From positions 960,001-1,024,000 of the forward strand of contig CBDCNP010000002.1 of the NCBI GenBank assembly GCA_965219415.1: 64,000 nt of DNA. Reading direction: 5' to 3'. The DNA is from Candidatus Marinacidobacterales bacterium (GTDB taxonomy: Bacteria; Acidobacteriota; Vicinamibacteria; Marinacidobacterales; DATDRI01). Positions 1 through 9,792 of this stretch are shown in pieces (the first letter of the stretch is position 1; every line of letters starts with the position of its first letter). Below the pieces are notes generated by a model. The model searched no databases, had not been told where the DNA came from, and saw nothing but the letters and a program-made list of their open reading frames with translations. The position numbers and the translations under genes are program-made.

Positions 1-1636
1 TCCGACTTGGAGACTTCGAAGTGGATCTCGAGGCCGGTGAGCTCCGCAAGCACGGCCGCAAGCTCAAGCTCCAAGAAAAGCCCTTTCAGATCTTGACCAT
101 CCTCCTGGAGCGACCCGGTCGGGTCGTGAGCCGGGAGGAGCTCGTCAAGCGTCTTTGGCCCGATGACACCTTCGTGGATTTCGAAAGAGGTCTCAACACC
201 GCGATCAGGAAGCTGCGCTCAGCTTTAGGAGATTCGGCCGAGAAGCCTCACTACATCGAGACGGTGGCGCGCCGAGGCTATCGTTTCATCGGCACGCTCG
301 ACAAGCCGGCCCGTTCCTCCACCGCAGCAGAACCTCCGGTCATCCCTGCCATCCCTGCCATGGACAACCCCTTGTCGGTCTGGTTCCGTGACCACCTTTG
401 GCGCACCTGGGGACAGCGCGCGCTATTGGGCGCGGTAGCGGTGGCGATACTGACTCTCGCTTATCTGAGACTCGACCGAAGGGAGACCGCACCAGAAGTC
501 TCGTCCTCGCCGCAACAGACCGCGTCACGTTCCCCGGCGGCCGAGCCATCGCCGGCCAATGCCGCAATACGGCGCGGGCGCCACTACACTGGGCGCTACC
601 TGGTTACCCCTCGCCCTGAGGACTTCGACCTCGCAATGGAGGCATTCCAGGAAGCCCTCGCCTTGGAGCCCGAGCGCGCCGAGATCCCGGCAGAGATCGC
701 CCATCTGTATGCACTCAAGATGCAGAGTGGCGGAGAGATTGCCCGCCTCATCCCCGAAGTCGAGCTCTGGGCGCTCCGAGCCATAGATCTGGATTCGGAC
801 ACTTCTCAAGCCTGGGACTCGCTTTACGACGGGGAGCGCTACCGCTTACGACCAAACCACCGAAAGCTCCTCGAGACCACGTTTCGCGCCTCCAGGCTAG
901 CGGAACGCGACTCCACTCCTAGTCCGCAGGCCATATCGTTTTACTCGGTCCTCCTGGGCCTCGAGGGCTACCGCCACGGGCTTCAGCTCTATCCGCTGAG
1001 CGCTTTTTGGCCACGTGAATCCCGCCATAAACCTGTCGATGCTTGGTCGTCACGAAGAGAGCCTCGAGCTTGTCGATGAAGCTCTCCAGATCGATCTGGA
1101 CTTTACGTATGCCAAGCTCAACAAAGCGAGTCTCCTCGTTCGCCTCGATCGATTCCAGGAGGCGCGCGGGCTGCTCGCGGATCTTCCACCGATGCCTGAC
1201 GCCTACCAAGTTTTTGTAACTCAAATCGAGTTCTTCATGGTTCTCGCGACAGGCGACCGAAACGCCGTCCGTGAAGACCTCCCCACACAGATTGCAATCT
1301 TGCTTAACCCGGAGATTCCGTTCACATTCCGCTGGCCCTATATGGTCCCACCGATTATCGAAGCTCTTGCCGCAAACGGCTACGTGGAGGAAGCCCTTGA
1401 TGTTGATGAGCCAGTTGCACGAGGCAGGCCTCGGTGATCCGCCCTACGATTGGCTGCGACTCTCACCCCTGTTCGATCCGATCCGGGAGGACCCACGCTT
1501 CCAGCCCGTCGAGGCGCACGCTAAGGAGAACTTCGATTTGATGCTGGAGCAGCTTGATCGTGCCCGCGAAGATGGCGACTGGCCTGCCGAGCTCGAGCAG
1601 GCGCGGGTTGATCTCATGGAGCAGTTTAGCGACTGA
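1..1636 (+). CDS. Winged-helix (CadC/OmpR-type) DNA-binding domain + TM + TPR regulator; 5'-partial, two apparent frameshifts (~1005, ~1397)
   Basis: N-term ELRKHGRKLKLQEKPFQILTILLERPGRVVSREEL...RGYRFIG is a Trans_reg_C wHTH, followed by a TM helix and TPR-like helices. ORFs 21-1079, 1015-1437 and 1271-1636 join if one extra T (gctttttggc) and one extra C (gcccttg) are removed. The frame is open from the window start. Confidence 0.8.
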
Positions 1637-1865
1637 GTAAACACGGGCTTGCTCGCCAGAAAGCAGTCCCCACGATGCCACCGAGTGGCGTGATCGAAGC
1701 CTTCATCCCCCGGGCGTTGGTCAACGTGTAGAGATCGACCCGCGCGCCCTCTCGGGTCTGGCCGAAGACTTCTCTCTTTAGCTCCCCCGCGCGAGCGGGG
1801 TTGGCGGACGCAAGCCCGACGGCCCATACCAGGAGCCAAGTAGAAAACATCGGCTTCCATCGCAC
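1626..1865 (-). pseudogene. N-terminal stump of a secreted aldose 1-epimerase (mutarotase)
   Basis: Signal peptide then FGQTREGARVDLYTLTNARGMKASITPLGGIV, the typical GalM N-terminus. Similarity ends at ~1670 where it meets the convergent gene. Confidence 0.7.
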
Positions 1866-1910
1866 GGCGTCGCCCCCTCCTTTGCCAGCGGCACTATACA
1901 ATATGTTAGA

Positions 1911-1976
1911 GCAGGTGGAATGCGAGGCACTTCGACACACTGATTGACCAGCCCGTCGGCCATCTCGCACACCTGC
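1911..1976 (+). promoter_or_regulatory. Long imperfect hairpin in the 5' leader of the M20 peptidase
   Basis: GCAGGTG(1911-17)/CACCTGC(1970-76), TGCGAG/CTCGCA and inner CGAC/GTCG, CTG/CAG pairings; ends just before the AAGGAG SD. Confidence 0.45.
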
Positions 1977-1995
1977 AAGAAGGAGACACTGACCC

Positions 1996-3273
1996 ATGAG
2001 GCCCTCGTTCTTTTGTGTACTGGCGCTGGCACTGCCCGCTACCGCCGTTCAACAAGATACGTCCTACCCATCCCAGTTCAGCCCTGAGCTGGTTGAGGTA
2101 CCGGCCGTCCACAGCGCGCTCCGCTACATCGATCATCACTTCGAGACCCAGATCCAGGAGTGGATTCGGATCACCGAGATCCCGGCGGAATCCCGATACG
2201 AAGAGGCGCGCGCCGCGTATGTACGGGAGCAGCTCGAGGCGCTAGACCTGCAGGTGACGATCGACTCGATCGGCAATGTGGTCGCTAAACGCCCGGGCAC
2301 CGGGAACGGTCCAACCCTCGTCTTCGCCGCCCATATCGATACCGTGCACCCGCGCGATACGGATCTCACGGTTACGCGGAAAAACGGTGAATTGCACGCA
2401 CCCGGCGTCTTCGACAACAGTGCCTCTACTGCCAACATGATTCAGGCGGCTCGCGCTCTCCATAGTGCAGGTATCCGAACCAAAGGGGACGTCCTCTTCA
2501 TAGGCACGGTGCAGGAAGAGCCTTGCCTGTGCGGTATGAGCCATTGGCTCGACCAAAACGAGGGTGTGGCGGACATGTTGGTAGCGCTCGACGGCGACCT
2601 CGGTCCGGTCGAATACGGAGCGCTCGGGATTTACTGGTCGCGGATGCATTTCAACGGTGAGGGAGCCCACACTCTCAACTCCCGCGGAGTCCCCCATCCG
2701 GCGCGGGCCGCGGCGCAATGCATCCTCGACATCTACGAAATCCCGCTGCCGGAAGCCGACGACCCGGTTCCGGCTTGGTACAACGTCGGCATGATCGACG
2801 GGGGCCACGTTCCCAACGCGATCGCCGAAGAGGTGACGTTCACGGTGGATCTTCGGACAGTGGATCCCGATTTGTTGGACGATCTGGACTCGCGAATTGT
2901 CGAGACGTGTGAGCTGGCGGCCGCCGCCGAGGCAGTCGAGTTCCACCGCGAAATGATCAATCGCGAGGAGGCGGGTGGCCGCCCTGATCAACTTGCCGAT
3001 AAGCGGGCCCATCCGCTGGTGCAGACGTCGATCGACGTACTCCGACACCTTGGCTGGGACTTTGGAGACGGACCCGCGGCGGTAGCGACAGGCTCGACCG
3101 ATGCCAACGCGGGGGTCATCCGCGGCATCCCGTCGGTGGCGGTGGGACGCGCGCGCGGCGGCAATCAGCACACCTTGAGCGAATGGGCAGACATCGAAAC
3201 CGCGCGCATCGGTACCAAGCAAATTGTTTTGTTGGTTGCCGCGCTGGCGGAGCTCGACGACGCGACACCGTGA
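1996..3273 (+). CDS. Secreted M20/M25/M40 family metallopeptidase
   Basis: Signal peptide; AHIDTV, GVFDN, QEE, LDG and C-terminal HTLSE metal-ligand motifs; dimerisation domain with NAIAEEVTFTVDLR. Confidence 0.85.
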   Translation: MRPSFFCVLALALPATAVQQDTSYPSQFSPELVEVPAVHSALRYIDHHFETQIQEWIRITEIPAESRYEEARAAYVREQLEALDLQVTIDSIGNVVAKRPGTGNGPTLVFAAHIDTVHPRDTDLTVTRKNGELHAPGVFDNSASTANMIQAARALHSAGIRTKGDVLFIGTVQEEPCLCGMSHWLDQNEGVADMLVALDGDLGPVEYGALGIYWSRMHFNGEGAHTLNSRGVPHPARAAAQCILDIYEIPLPEADDPVPAWYNVGMIDGGHVPNAIAEEVTFTVDLRTVDPDLLDDLDSRIVETCELAAAAEAVEFHREMINREEAGGRPDQLADKRAHPLVQTSIDVLRHLGWDFGDGPAAVATGSTDANAGVIRGIPSVAVGRARGGNQHTLSEWADIETARIGTKQIVLLVAALAELDDATP

Positions 3274-3364
3274 GAGAGCGAGAATTTCGCGCCATCCTTG
3301 TTTCGAAAATACCGCACGTGATACCGTCCGTGAAATTGTCCGTCGTTACGAAAGGAAGTCTCCC

Positions 3365-4795
3365 ATGAAGCGCAAGAGTGCCACTGGCAACCGCCGAGAT
3401 GGAACCCTGACCCGCCGATCGTTCATCGCGGGTTCCGCCGCTACCGCGGTCACGGTTGTTTCACGATCCGTTTTGGGAAGCTCTTCCCGTCCGGCCCCGA
3501 GTGAGAGGACCAATCTTGCGTTCATCGGCACCGGCGATATGGGCATGGGGAACCTCAACGACTTGATGAGTCTCGAAGATGTCGAAGTCGTAGCGGTATG
3601 TGATGTCGCGAAGGTCGTCGACTATAGCAAACAGGACTTCGGTGGCATCGCAGGCCGCGACTTCGCGCTCGAGACCGTAAAGCAACGCAACGCCGAACGC
3701 GCCAAATCGGGGAGCTACAAAAGCTGCACCGGCTATGAAGACTTCCGGGAGATGTTGGAGCGGCAAGAAGACATCGATGCGGTCGTGGTCGCCACTCCCG
3801 ATCATGTCCATGCCGCGGCCTCGTTGGCGGCCATTTCAAAGGGCAAGCACGTCTATTGCGAGAAGCCCCTCGCCCATTCGATCTACGAAGTTCGTTTGGT
3901 CACCGAGGCCGCCCACAAAGCGGGGGTGGCTACTCAAATGGGCAATCATGGCCACTCCGAGGAAGGGATCCGTTTGACGCGAGAGTGGATACGAGACGGC
4001 GCAATCGGGACGGTGCGGGAGGTCCACGGCTGGACCAGCTCGGGTGGGCTGGAGTGGCTGGAAACGGACCGGCGACCGGCTGAGGCAGAGCCGATCCCCG
4101 AGGGAATGAACTGGGACCTCTGGCTCGGTCCGGCCCCTGAACGGCCCTATCATTCTGCCTACGCCCCCTACAATTGGCGCGGTTGGTGGGACTTCGGCAC
4201 CAGCGCGATCGGCGACATGGCCTGTCACAACCTGGACCCGGCATTCTGGGCGCTGGACCTGGGTGCACCGACCAGCGTCGAAGCCACCTCGACTCGCTTT
4301 AACGACGAAACCGTCCCGGCAGGCGCTCTGTATCATTATGAGTTCCCCGCCCGCGGCGACCAGCCTCCGATCACCATGAAATGGTACGACGGCGGCTTGG
4401 TGCCTCCTCGCCCCGCCGAGATCGAGCCGGAGCGCAGAATGGGAGAGGACGGAATCTACTTCGTGGGCGACGAAGGCGTGATTCTTTGTGGCGGCTGGGC
4501 GGGCTCCCCGCGCATCGTCCCCGAGTCCAAGATGAAGGCTTACCAACTGCCGGCCAAAACGATTCCCCGCGTACCAAGCCACCACCGAGGCTGGATCGAC
4601 GCCTGCAAGAGCGGTAACCCCGTGCATGGAAATTGGGACTACTCCGGCCCCATGACCGAAACCATTCTGCTAGGGAACGTCGCGTTGCGGACGGGTAAGA
4701 AGATCCATTGGGATAGCCCCAACATGAAAGCCATCGATGCACCGGAAGCCGATCCGTACATCAAGCCGGCGTTCAGAGAAGGCTGGGGACTTTGA
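3365..4795 (+). CDS. Tat-exported Gfo/Idh/MocA family oxidoreductase
   Basis: TRRSFI twin-arginine motif; IGTGDMG Rossmann motif; VATPDHVH, YCEKP, GDMACH. Confidence 0.9.
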   Translation: MKRKSATGNRRDGTLTRRSFIAGSAATAVTVVSRSVLGSSSRPAPSERTNLAFIGTGDMGMGNLNDLMSLEDVEVVAVCDVAKVVDYSKQDFGGIAGRDFALETVKQRNAERAKSGSYKSCTGYEDFREMLERQEDIDAVVVATPDHVHAAASLAAISKGKHVYCEKPLAHSIYEVRLVTEAAHKAGVATQMGNHGHSEEGIRLTREWIRDGAIGTVREVHGWTSSGGLEWLETDRRPAEAEPIPEGMNWDLWLGPAPERPYHSAYAPYNWRGWWDFGTSAIGDMACHNLDPAFWALDLGAPTSVEATSTRFNDETVPAGALYHYEFPARGDQPPITMKWYDGGLVPPRPAEIEPERRMGEDGIYFVGDEGVILCGGWAGSPRIVPESKMKAYQLPAKTIPRVPSHHRGWIDACKSGNPVHGNWDYSGPMTETILLGNVALRTGKKIHWDSPNMKAIDAPEADPYIKPAFREGWGL

Positions 4796-5775
4796 GCCTT
4801 CTAGTGGCGACTCTCTTCTTATCTGTTGCCACTTCCGCCCACAAACAGGAAGGAGATGAGCTTGTCAGGATTCGTGAGCTTCGACTCGAAGGTGCCCTCG
4901 CCGACGCGCGGGTTCTGGCGGAACAGAAACTCGCGGCTGGCCCTCTGAATCCCGACCTGGAGATTGACCTCCACCTCGAGCTGGCCCGCATTCACGACCG
5001 CATCGGCCTGCACCAGAACACGCGTCCGGTGGCCGCCGCGCTTCAACAGATCGAGGCGGCCGCCGCGACGACGACCGATCTGGCGCCCTTGGCGCAGGCG
5101 AAAATCGAGCTGGCCAAGGCGGATTACTACTATCGAGCGGAAATGCGGGCCCGGGAGTTCACGGTGGCGACAGCCCACGCCGACCGCGCGATCGAGCTTT
5201 ACCGAGAACTTGGAGACAAACATGGCGAAGCGGACGCGGTCCACCGGCGAGGGCTGATCCACTTCCAACGGCGCGAATACGAGCCGGCCCGCGAGCGGTT
5301 CGATCGGTCGCTCGAGCTCGATGAGTCAGCGGGCGAGCGAGCGACCCTTCGCGGAGACTACGAACGACACGTCGGTTTCATCTACGTCCTCGAAGGTGAC
5401 CTCGCGGCGTCGATTCCCTACTTCGAGCGCTCTCTTGCGTTTCGACGTGAGGCTGGCGCCATCGATGCCAGTCTCTTCGCCGCGAGCACCCTGGCGTCGG
5501 CCCTCGTCGACGTCGAACGTCTCGAAGAGGCAAGGCGACACCTGCTGTACGCCATGATGGTCGCGGAGAAATTAGACTCGCCGACGGGAAAGGCGCGGAG
5601 TGGGCTCGTTCTGGGCCAGATGTACGAGGCCTCGGGGGACGATGCGGCGGCACGCATCGCCTTCGAGATGACGCTCGGCGTCGCGGAGTCCATTGGCTAC
5701 GCCTCGATCGCACAGCAGTCGAGGGCGGCGCTCGAACGCCTTGCGTCGAAGGGGGCGGGTAGACAAGCCAACTAG
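4792..5775 (+). CDS. Secreted tetratricopeptide-repeat protein
   Basis: Hydrophobic N-terminus and repeated TPR/MalT-like helices (AIELYRELGDKHGEADA; YFERSLAFRREAG); overlaps the upstream stop codon. Confidence 0.75.
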   Translation: MSLLVATLFLSVATSAHKQEGDELVRIRELRLEGALADARVLAEQKLAAGPLNPDLEIDLHLELARIHDRIGLHQNTRPVAAALQQIEAAAATTTDLAPLAQAKIELAKADYYYRAEMRAREFTVATAHADRAIELYRELGDKHGEADAVHRRGLIHFQRREYEPARERFDRSLELDESAGERATLRGDYERHVGFIYVLEGDLAASIPYFERSLAFRREAGAIDASLFAASTLASALVDVERLEEARRHLLYAMMVAEKLDSPTGKARSGLVLGQMYEASGDDAAARIAFEMTLGVAESIGYASIAQQSRAALERLASKGAGRQAN

Positions 5776-5915
5776 TTTGACTTCCCCCGGCCGTGGTCCC
5801 ATAGTGTCCACGCTACTTGGGAACGGGGCGCTGCCGTATCCCCTGCCCGCCTCCACAACCCGGGCACTCACCAGGTAAACGCGCCGATCCCCTCAGGCCG
5901 ATGTGGAGCCATATC

Positions 5916-7346
5916 ATGCGTAAACAGACTTTCGTACAAAAACTGCGAGCATTCACTCCCCTGCTATTCGGATGGCTCGCCCTGTCCTGCCAAGCGCCGG
6001 AGACTCAAGTGCCGGAGGCTCAAGCACCGGTCCTCGCGATTCAAGGAGCGACCCTAATCGATGGAACCGGAGGACCCGCCCGCCCCGATTCGTTGGTTAT
6101 CGTGCGAGGCGACACGATTGAGGCTGTTTCCGTCCTAGGTACCTCCAGTCCACCGGTCAATGCGATCGTCATTGATGCGCGGGGGCAATATCTATTGCCA
6201 GGGATCATTGATTCTCATTCACACATCGATAAACCGAACGGTGTCGGGTTGACGGAAGAACAAAAGGCGCTCGTCCAACAACACAACCTGAAGGCGTATT
6301 TGTATAGCGGCATCACCACCGCCGTTACCATCGCCGCAACCGATAGAGAGTGGATGTTGGAGCAGCGGCGCTTAGCCCGAAACCATGAGATCATCTCGCC
6401 CCGTCTTCTTACCGGTCTCGTCCGGTTCACCGCCCCGGAGGGTTGGGCCGGGCGAAGCGGGCAACCCGTCGCTTCGAAAGAGGACGTCGACCGTATATTC
6501 CAAGACTCGATAGACAACCGCGCCGACCACACTTTTGCCATCTATGACGATGGCGTCGGTGCCGCCAAGATCTATCCTCGTTTGGACCCGCTGCTCATGC
6601 AGCGGGTGGCCGACCTCTCGCAAGAACACAAATTGCCGCTCTACATCCATGCGGTGGACATCGACGAGTACCGTGCCTCGGTCGCCGTCGGCCCTCGCGC
6701 CATCGTCCTGGCATTGGAGGACCCCATCGCCGAGGACGACCCTCTCCTGGCGGAGATGGTCTCGAAGAACGTCTTTCTAGTGCCGAGCGTGGTCAATTTC
6801 GAATCGTTCTATCGCGTTACCGACGATCCCTCGCTTCTCGATGAGCCTATCCTTAACCAGACATTCCCCGACTTTGTTATCGCGAGTGTGCGCGACTCGG
6901 AAAACGTCGAAAACGCGGTCGCCCGACTAGAGGGCGTCCTCCAAACCGATGCCTTGGAGTGGGCCCGACGCGCCGTTCCCATCATGAAAGAGAACACCAA
7001 GAAGTTCTTTGACGCCGGGGTCACCATTGCGGTCGGTGCGGATTCGGGTGGCGCGGTGGTCCACAACTTCCAGGGCTATAACCTCATCCGCGAGTTCGAG
7101 CTCCTGGTCGAGTGCGGGCTCACCCCGATGGATGCGATCGTCGCGGGTACCAAGAACGGAGCGATGATGATCGGAAAGGACGACCGGCTTGGCACCATCG
7201 AGCCGGGCAAACTGGCCGATATGATCCTGCTGAACGAGGACCCCCTGGAGAACATTAGTAATCTTCGAACCGTCGACCGCGTTATTCTGAACGGCAAGGT
7301 TTTCAAAAGGGACGAGCTCCGCTACCGCCAGGAGCCGGAGTCATGA
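5916..7346 (+). CDS. Amidohydrolase family lipoprotein (paralogue 1); start uncertain
   Basis: LALSC lipobox-like; PGIIDSHSH, YIHA, GADSGG, GTIEPGKLADMILL. Confidence 0.85.
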   Translation: MRKQTFVQKLRAFTPLLFGWLALSCQAPETQVPEAQAPVLAIQGATLIDGTGGPARPDSLVIVRGDTIEAVSVLGTSSPPVNAIVIDARGQYLLPGIIDSHSHIDKPNGVGLTEEQKALVQQHNLKAYLYSGITTAVTIAATDREWMLEQRRLARNHEIISPRLLTGLVRFTAPEGWAGRSGQPVASKEDVDRIFQDSIDNRADHTFAIYDDGVGAAKIYPRLDPLLMQRVADLSQEHKLPLYIHAVDIDEYRASVAVGPRAIVLALEDPIAEDDPLLAEMVSKNVFLVPSVVNFESFYRVTDDPSLLDEPILNQTFPDFVIASVRDSENVENAVARLEGVLQTDALEWARRAVPIMKENTKKFFDAGVTIAVGADSGGAVVHNFQGYNLIREFELLVECGLTPMDAIVAGTKNGAMMIGKDDRLGTIEPGKLADMILLNEDPLENISNLRTVDRVILNGKVFKRDELRYRQEPES

Positions 7347-8755
7347 GTCGATTCACTAGGAGAATGATTATGAGAAAAGAATTGTTGCTCACACTTGTGG
7401 GCTCCCTCCTCACCTTCGGATGCGCAAGCCCCGAGCCACCTCCTCCTGCCGGCGACTTTGTTCTTATCCAGAATGGAACGCTCATCGACGGCACCGGCGC
7501 CTCGCCTCAGGCGGCGACCGACTTGCTGATCCGCAACGATCGGGTCGACGCGATCGGACAAGACCTGGACGCTCCGCCGGGTGCCACTGTCATCGACGCG
7601 ACGGGAAAGTATCTTATTCCCGGGCTCATCGACGCGCACGCCCACCTAGACAACGCCATGGTCTTTCAGCTCTCGCCCGAGGAAAAGCAAGAGATTGTCG
7701 ATCACAACCCCTCGGCCTTTCTTTACAGCGGCGTGACGACGATCCTCAACCTCATTGCCAAGCCGGAACGGATCTTTGGAATGCGGCAGGCGCAGCGGGA
7801 CGGCGAGCTCGTGGCTCCACGGATTTACGCCACCGGCGGCGCATTTACTCCCGACGGGGGCTGGGGCACGAGGCATCGGCCCGGCCTGCCGAGCGCCGAA
7901 GCGGCCCGAGAACAGGCCCTGGACTTCATTCGGCAAGGGACCGATGGATTCAAGATCACTATAGAAGATGGGCTCGGGCGCTCCGGGCACTCGGTGGAGA
8001 TGCCGGAGGACATGTTGCAGGCGATCGCCGAGGTGGCTCATGAGAACGACGTTCCCATGTTCATCCATGCCATCAATATCGAGGAGTACCGCAGAGCGGT
8101 GGCCGTCGACCCACGGACCATCGTGCATGGATTGGAAGATCCCATACCCGAGGGAGATCCCTTGGTCGCCGATCTCCTCGAGAAGAATATCTTCGTCGTC
8201 CCGACGCTCAGTCTCTGGGAAGCCTTCCTCAGGATGGACGGCTCGTTCGAGGATCCCGTTCTCAACGCGACCGTCCCGCAATTCCTCGTCGCCAACTTGC
8301 AGAGTCCTGAATTCAGAAAGGTCGAGATAGAGAAATTTGCAGCGGTCGTCAAGATCGATGCCGAGGAATGGGCGAGAACAAGAATACCCATCTTCATGGA
8401 GAACGTCGCCAAGATGCATCGAGCCGGTATCAAGATCGCAACCGGCACCGATGCGGGCGGCCCGGTGGGTTTCGCGCTCCAGGGCTACAACACGCCCTGG
8501 GAGCTCGAACTGCTGGTGCAGTGCGGCTTGACCCCGATGGAGGCCCTGGTGGCCGCGACTCGCAACGGTGCCGACGCGATCGGAGTTTTGGACGAGCTCG
8601 GAACTTTGGAGCCGGGGAAGTTCGCTGATATCCTGATCCTCGACGCGGACCCTCTGGCGGACATCCAAAACGTCCGAAAGTTCGAGATGCTCATTCAGGG
8701 TGGGAAGGTTCTCGACCGAAGCCAATTCGCTTACAAGCCGAAGAAAACGTCTTGA
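7343..8755 (+). CDS. Amidohydrolase family lipoprotein (paralogue 2)
   Basis: LTFGC lipobox-like; PGLIDAHAH, GFKI, FIHA, IVHG, GTDAGG, GTLEPGKFAD. Confidence 0.9.
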   Translation: MSRFTRRMIMRKELLLTLVGSLLTFGCASPEPPPPAGDFVLIQNGTLIDGTGASPQAATDLLIRNDRVDAIGQDLDAPPGATVIDATGKYLIPGLIDAHAHLDNAMVFQLSPEEKQEIVDHNPSAFLYSGVTTILNLIAKPERIFGMRQAQRDGELVAPRIYATGGAFTPDGGWGTRHRPGLPSAEAAREQALDFIRQGTDGFKITIEDGLGRSGHSVEMPEDMLQAIAEVAHENDVPMFIHAINIEEYRRAVAVDPRTIVHGLEDPIPEGDPLVADLLEKNIFVVPTLSLWEAFLRMDGSFEDPVLNATVPQFLVANLQSPEFRKVEIEKFAAVVKIDAEEWARTRIPIFMENVAKMHRAGIKIATGTDAGGPVGFALQGYNTPWELELLVQCGLTPMEALVAATRNGADAIGVLDELGTLEPGKFADILILDADPLADIQNVRKFEMLIQGGKVLDRSQFAYKPKKTS

Positions 8756-8783
8756 TGATAGGTGCGTCGAGGCTTTGGCATAG

Positions 8784-9779
8784 TTAGGGAACCTGCCCAA
8801 CCCACTCGTCTCTTTGTCTCCTGCGGTCGTCCACCTCGGCCAGAAATTCCAGAGAAAGACGGTTGAATTCTTCGGGCGCCTCGAGCATCAGCAGATGGTC
8901 CGTTCCAGGAATTTCGTGGTAGCGAGAGTTCGGCCAGAGCCTGTGCGCTACTTTGGAGCCTTCTGCAAAAAGGGCATCGGTCAGCTCGCCAACCAGCAAG
9001 AGTATGGGTTGGTACATTTTGGTCATCTCGGGAAAGTCACGGTGGTTCCAGGGACCGATGTCTAAGGTAGACGTGATGTCGGACCGCTGCGGCGTGAGGT
9101 AGATTCGAGGGCTGTACTGGTCGACCATTCGATCCAGGACTTCTCGAACATGCGGCATCGACCTTGCCACTTTCAATCCCGGTAGGTGCTTTCTTGCTTC
9201 GCGCCGCTTCAGGACCTCTTCCAAAGAAGGAATCGGCTCCGTCAATCGCCGGTCGATGATGTGTTGCCAGAGCGGTGGCAGTTTGACGAGCGGCGTCATC
9301 GCATCTGCGAAAATGATGCTTCGCACCCTTTCCGGATAGTGCTTGAGGAAAATGAGGATAATCATTCCACTCCGAGACGTCACCACGAAGTGTGCATCGC
9401 GAAGGCCGAAGAAATTCATAAGCTGATTGAGGTCCTCGGCGTGAGCACGAGGCGAGAAACCGTAGACCGGTGCCTCGGACGACCCGTTGCCGCGGCGGTC
9501 ATAGCTGATGAAGAGGTATTCCCGGCTAAAGGCCTCCATCTGAGAGCCCCACTGCTCGTGCGACCCCGGCTCGGCATGGAGAAAAATGACGGGAATGCCA
9601 GCCCCTTCGATTCGGTAGGCGAGCCTTACGCCGTTGACGCGAGCAAACCGCAGGTGCTCGGCATCCCCGGCGGGCCCTCGATGCTCCTCGACGTCTTGGG
9701 CGGTGACGAATGAAGTTAAAGTCAGCGCCAAAAAGAAACCGGAAAATATCGCCACCCGAGCGCAGCTGCTCTTGAACAT
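8784..9779 (-). CDS. Secreted alpha/beta fold hydrolase with non-canonical nucleophile elbow
   Basis: YDRRGNGSS, VVTSRSG elbow, LLVGELTD, TDHLLMLEAPEEF; signal peptide. Confidence 0.8.
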   Translation of the reverse strand: MFKSSCARVAIFSGFFLALTLTSFVTAQDVEEHRGPAGDAEHLRFARVNGVRLAYRIEGAGIPVIFLHAEPGSHEQWGSQMEAFSREYLFISYDRRGNGSSEAPVYGFSPRAHAEDLNQLMNFFGLRDAHFVVTSRSGMIILIFLKHYPERVRSIIFADAMTPLVKLPPLWQHIIDRRLTEPIPSLEEVLKRREARKHLPGLKVARSMPHVREVLDRMVDQYSPRIYLTPQRSDITSTLDIGPWNHRDFPEMTKMYQPILLLVGELTDALFAEGSKVAHRLWPNSRYHEIPGTDHLLMLEAPEEFNRLSLEFLAEVDDRRRQRDEWVGQVP

Positions 9780-9792
9780 TGCACACCCCCTC

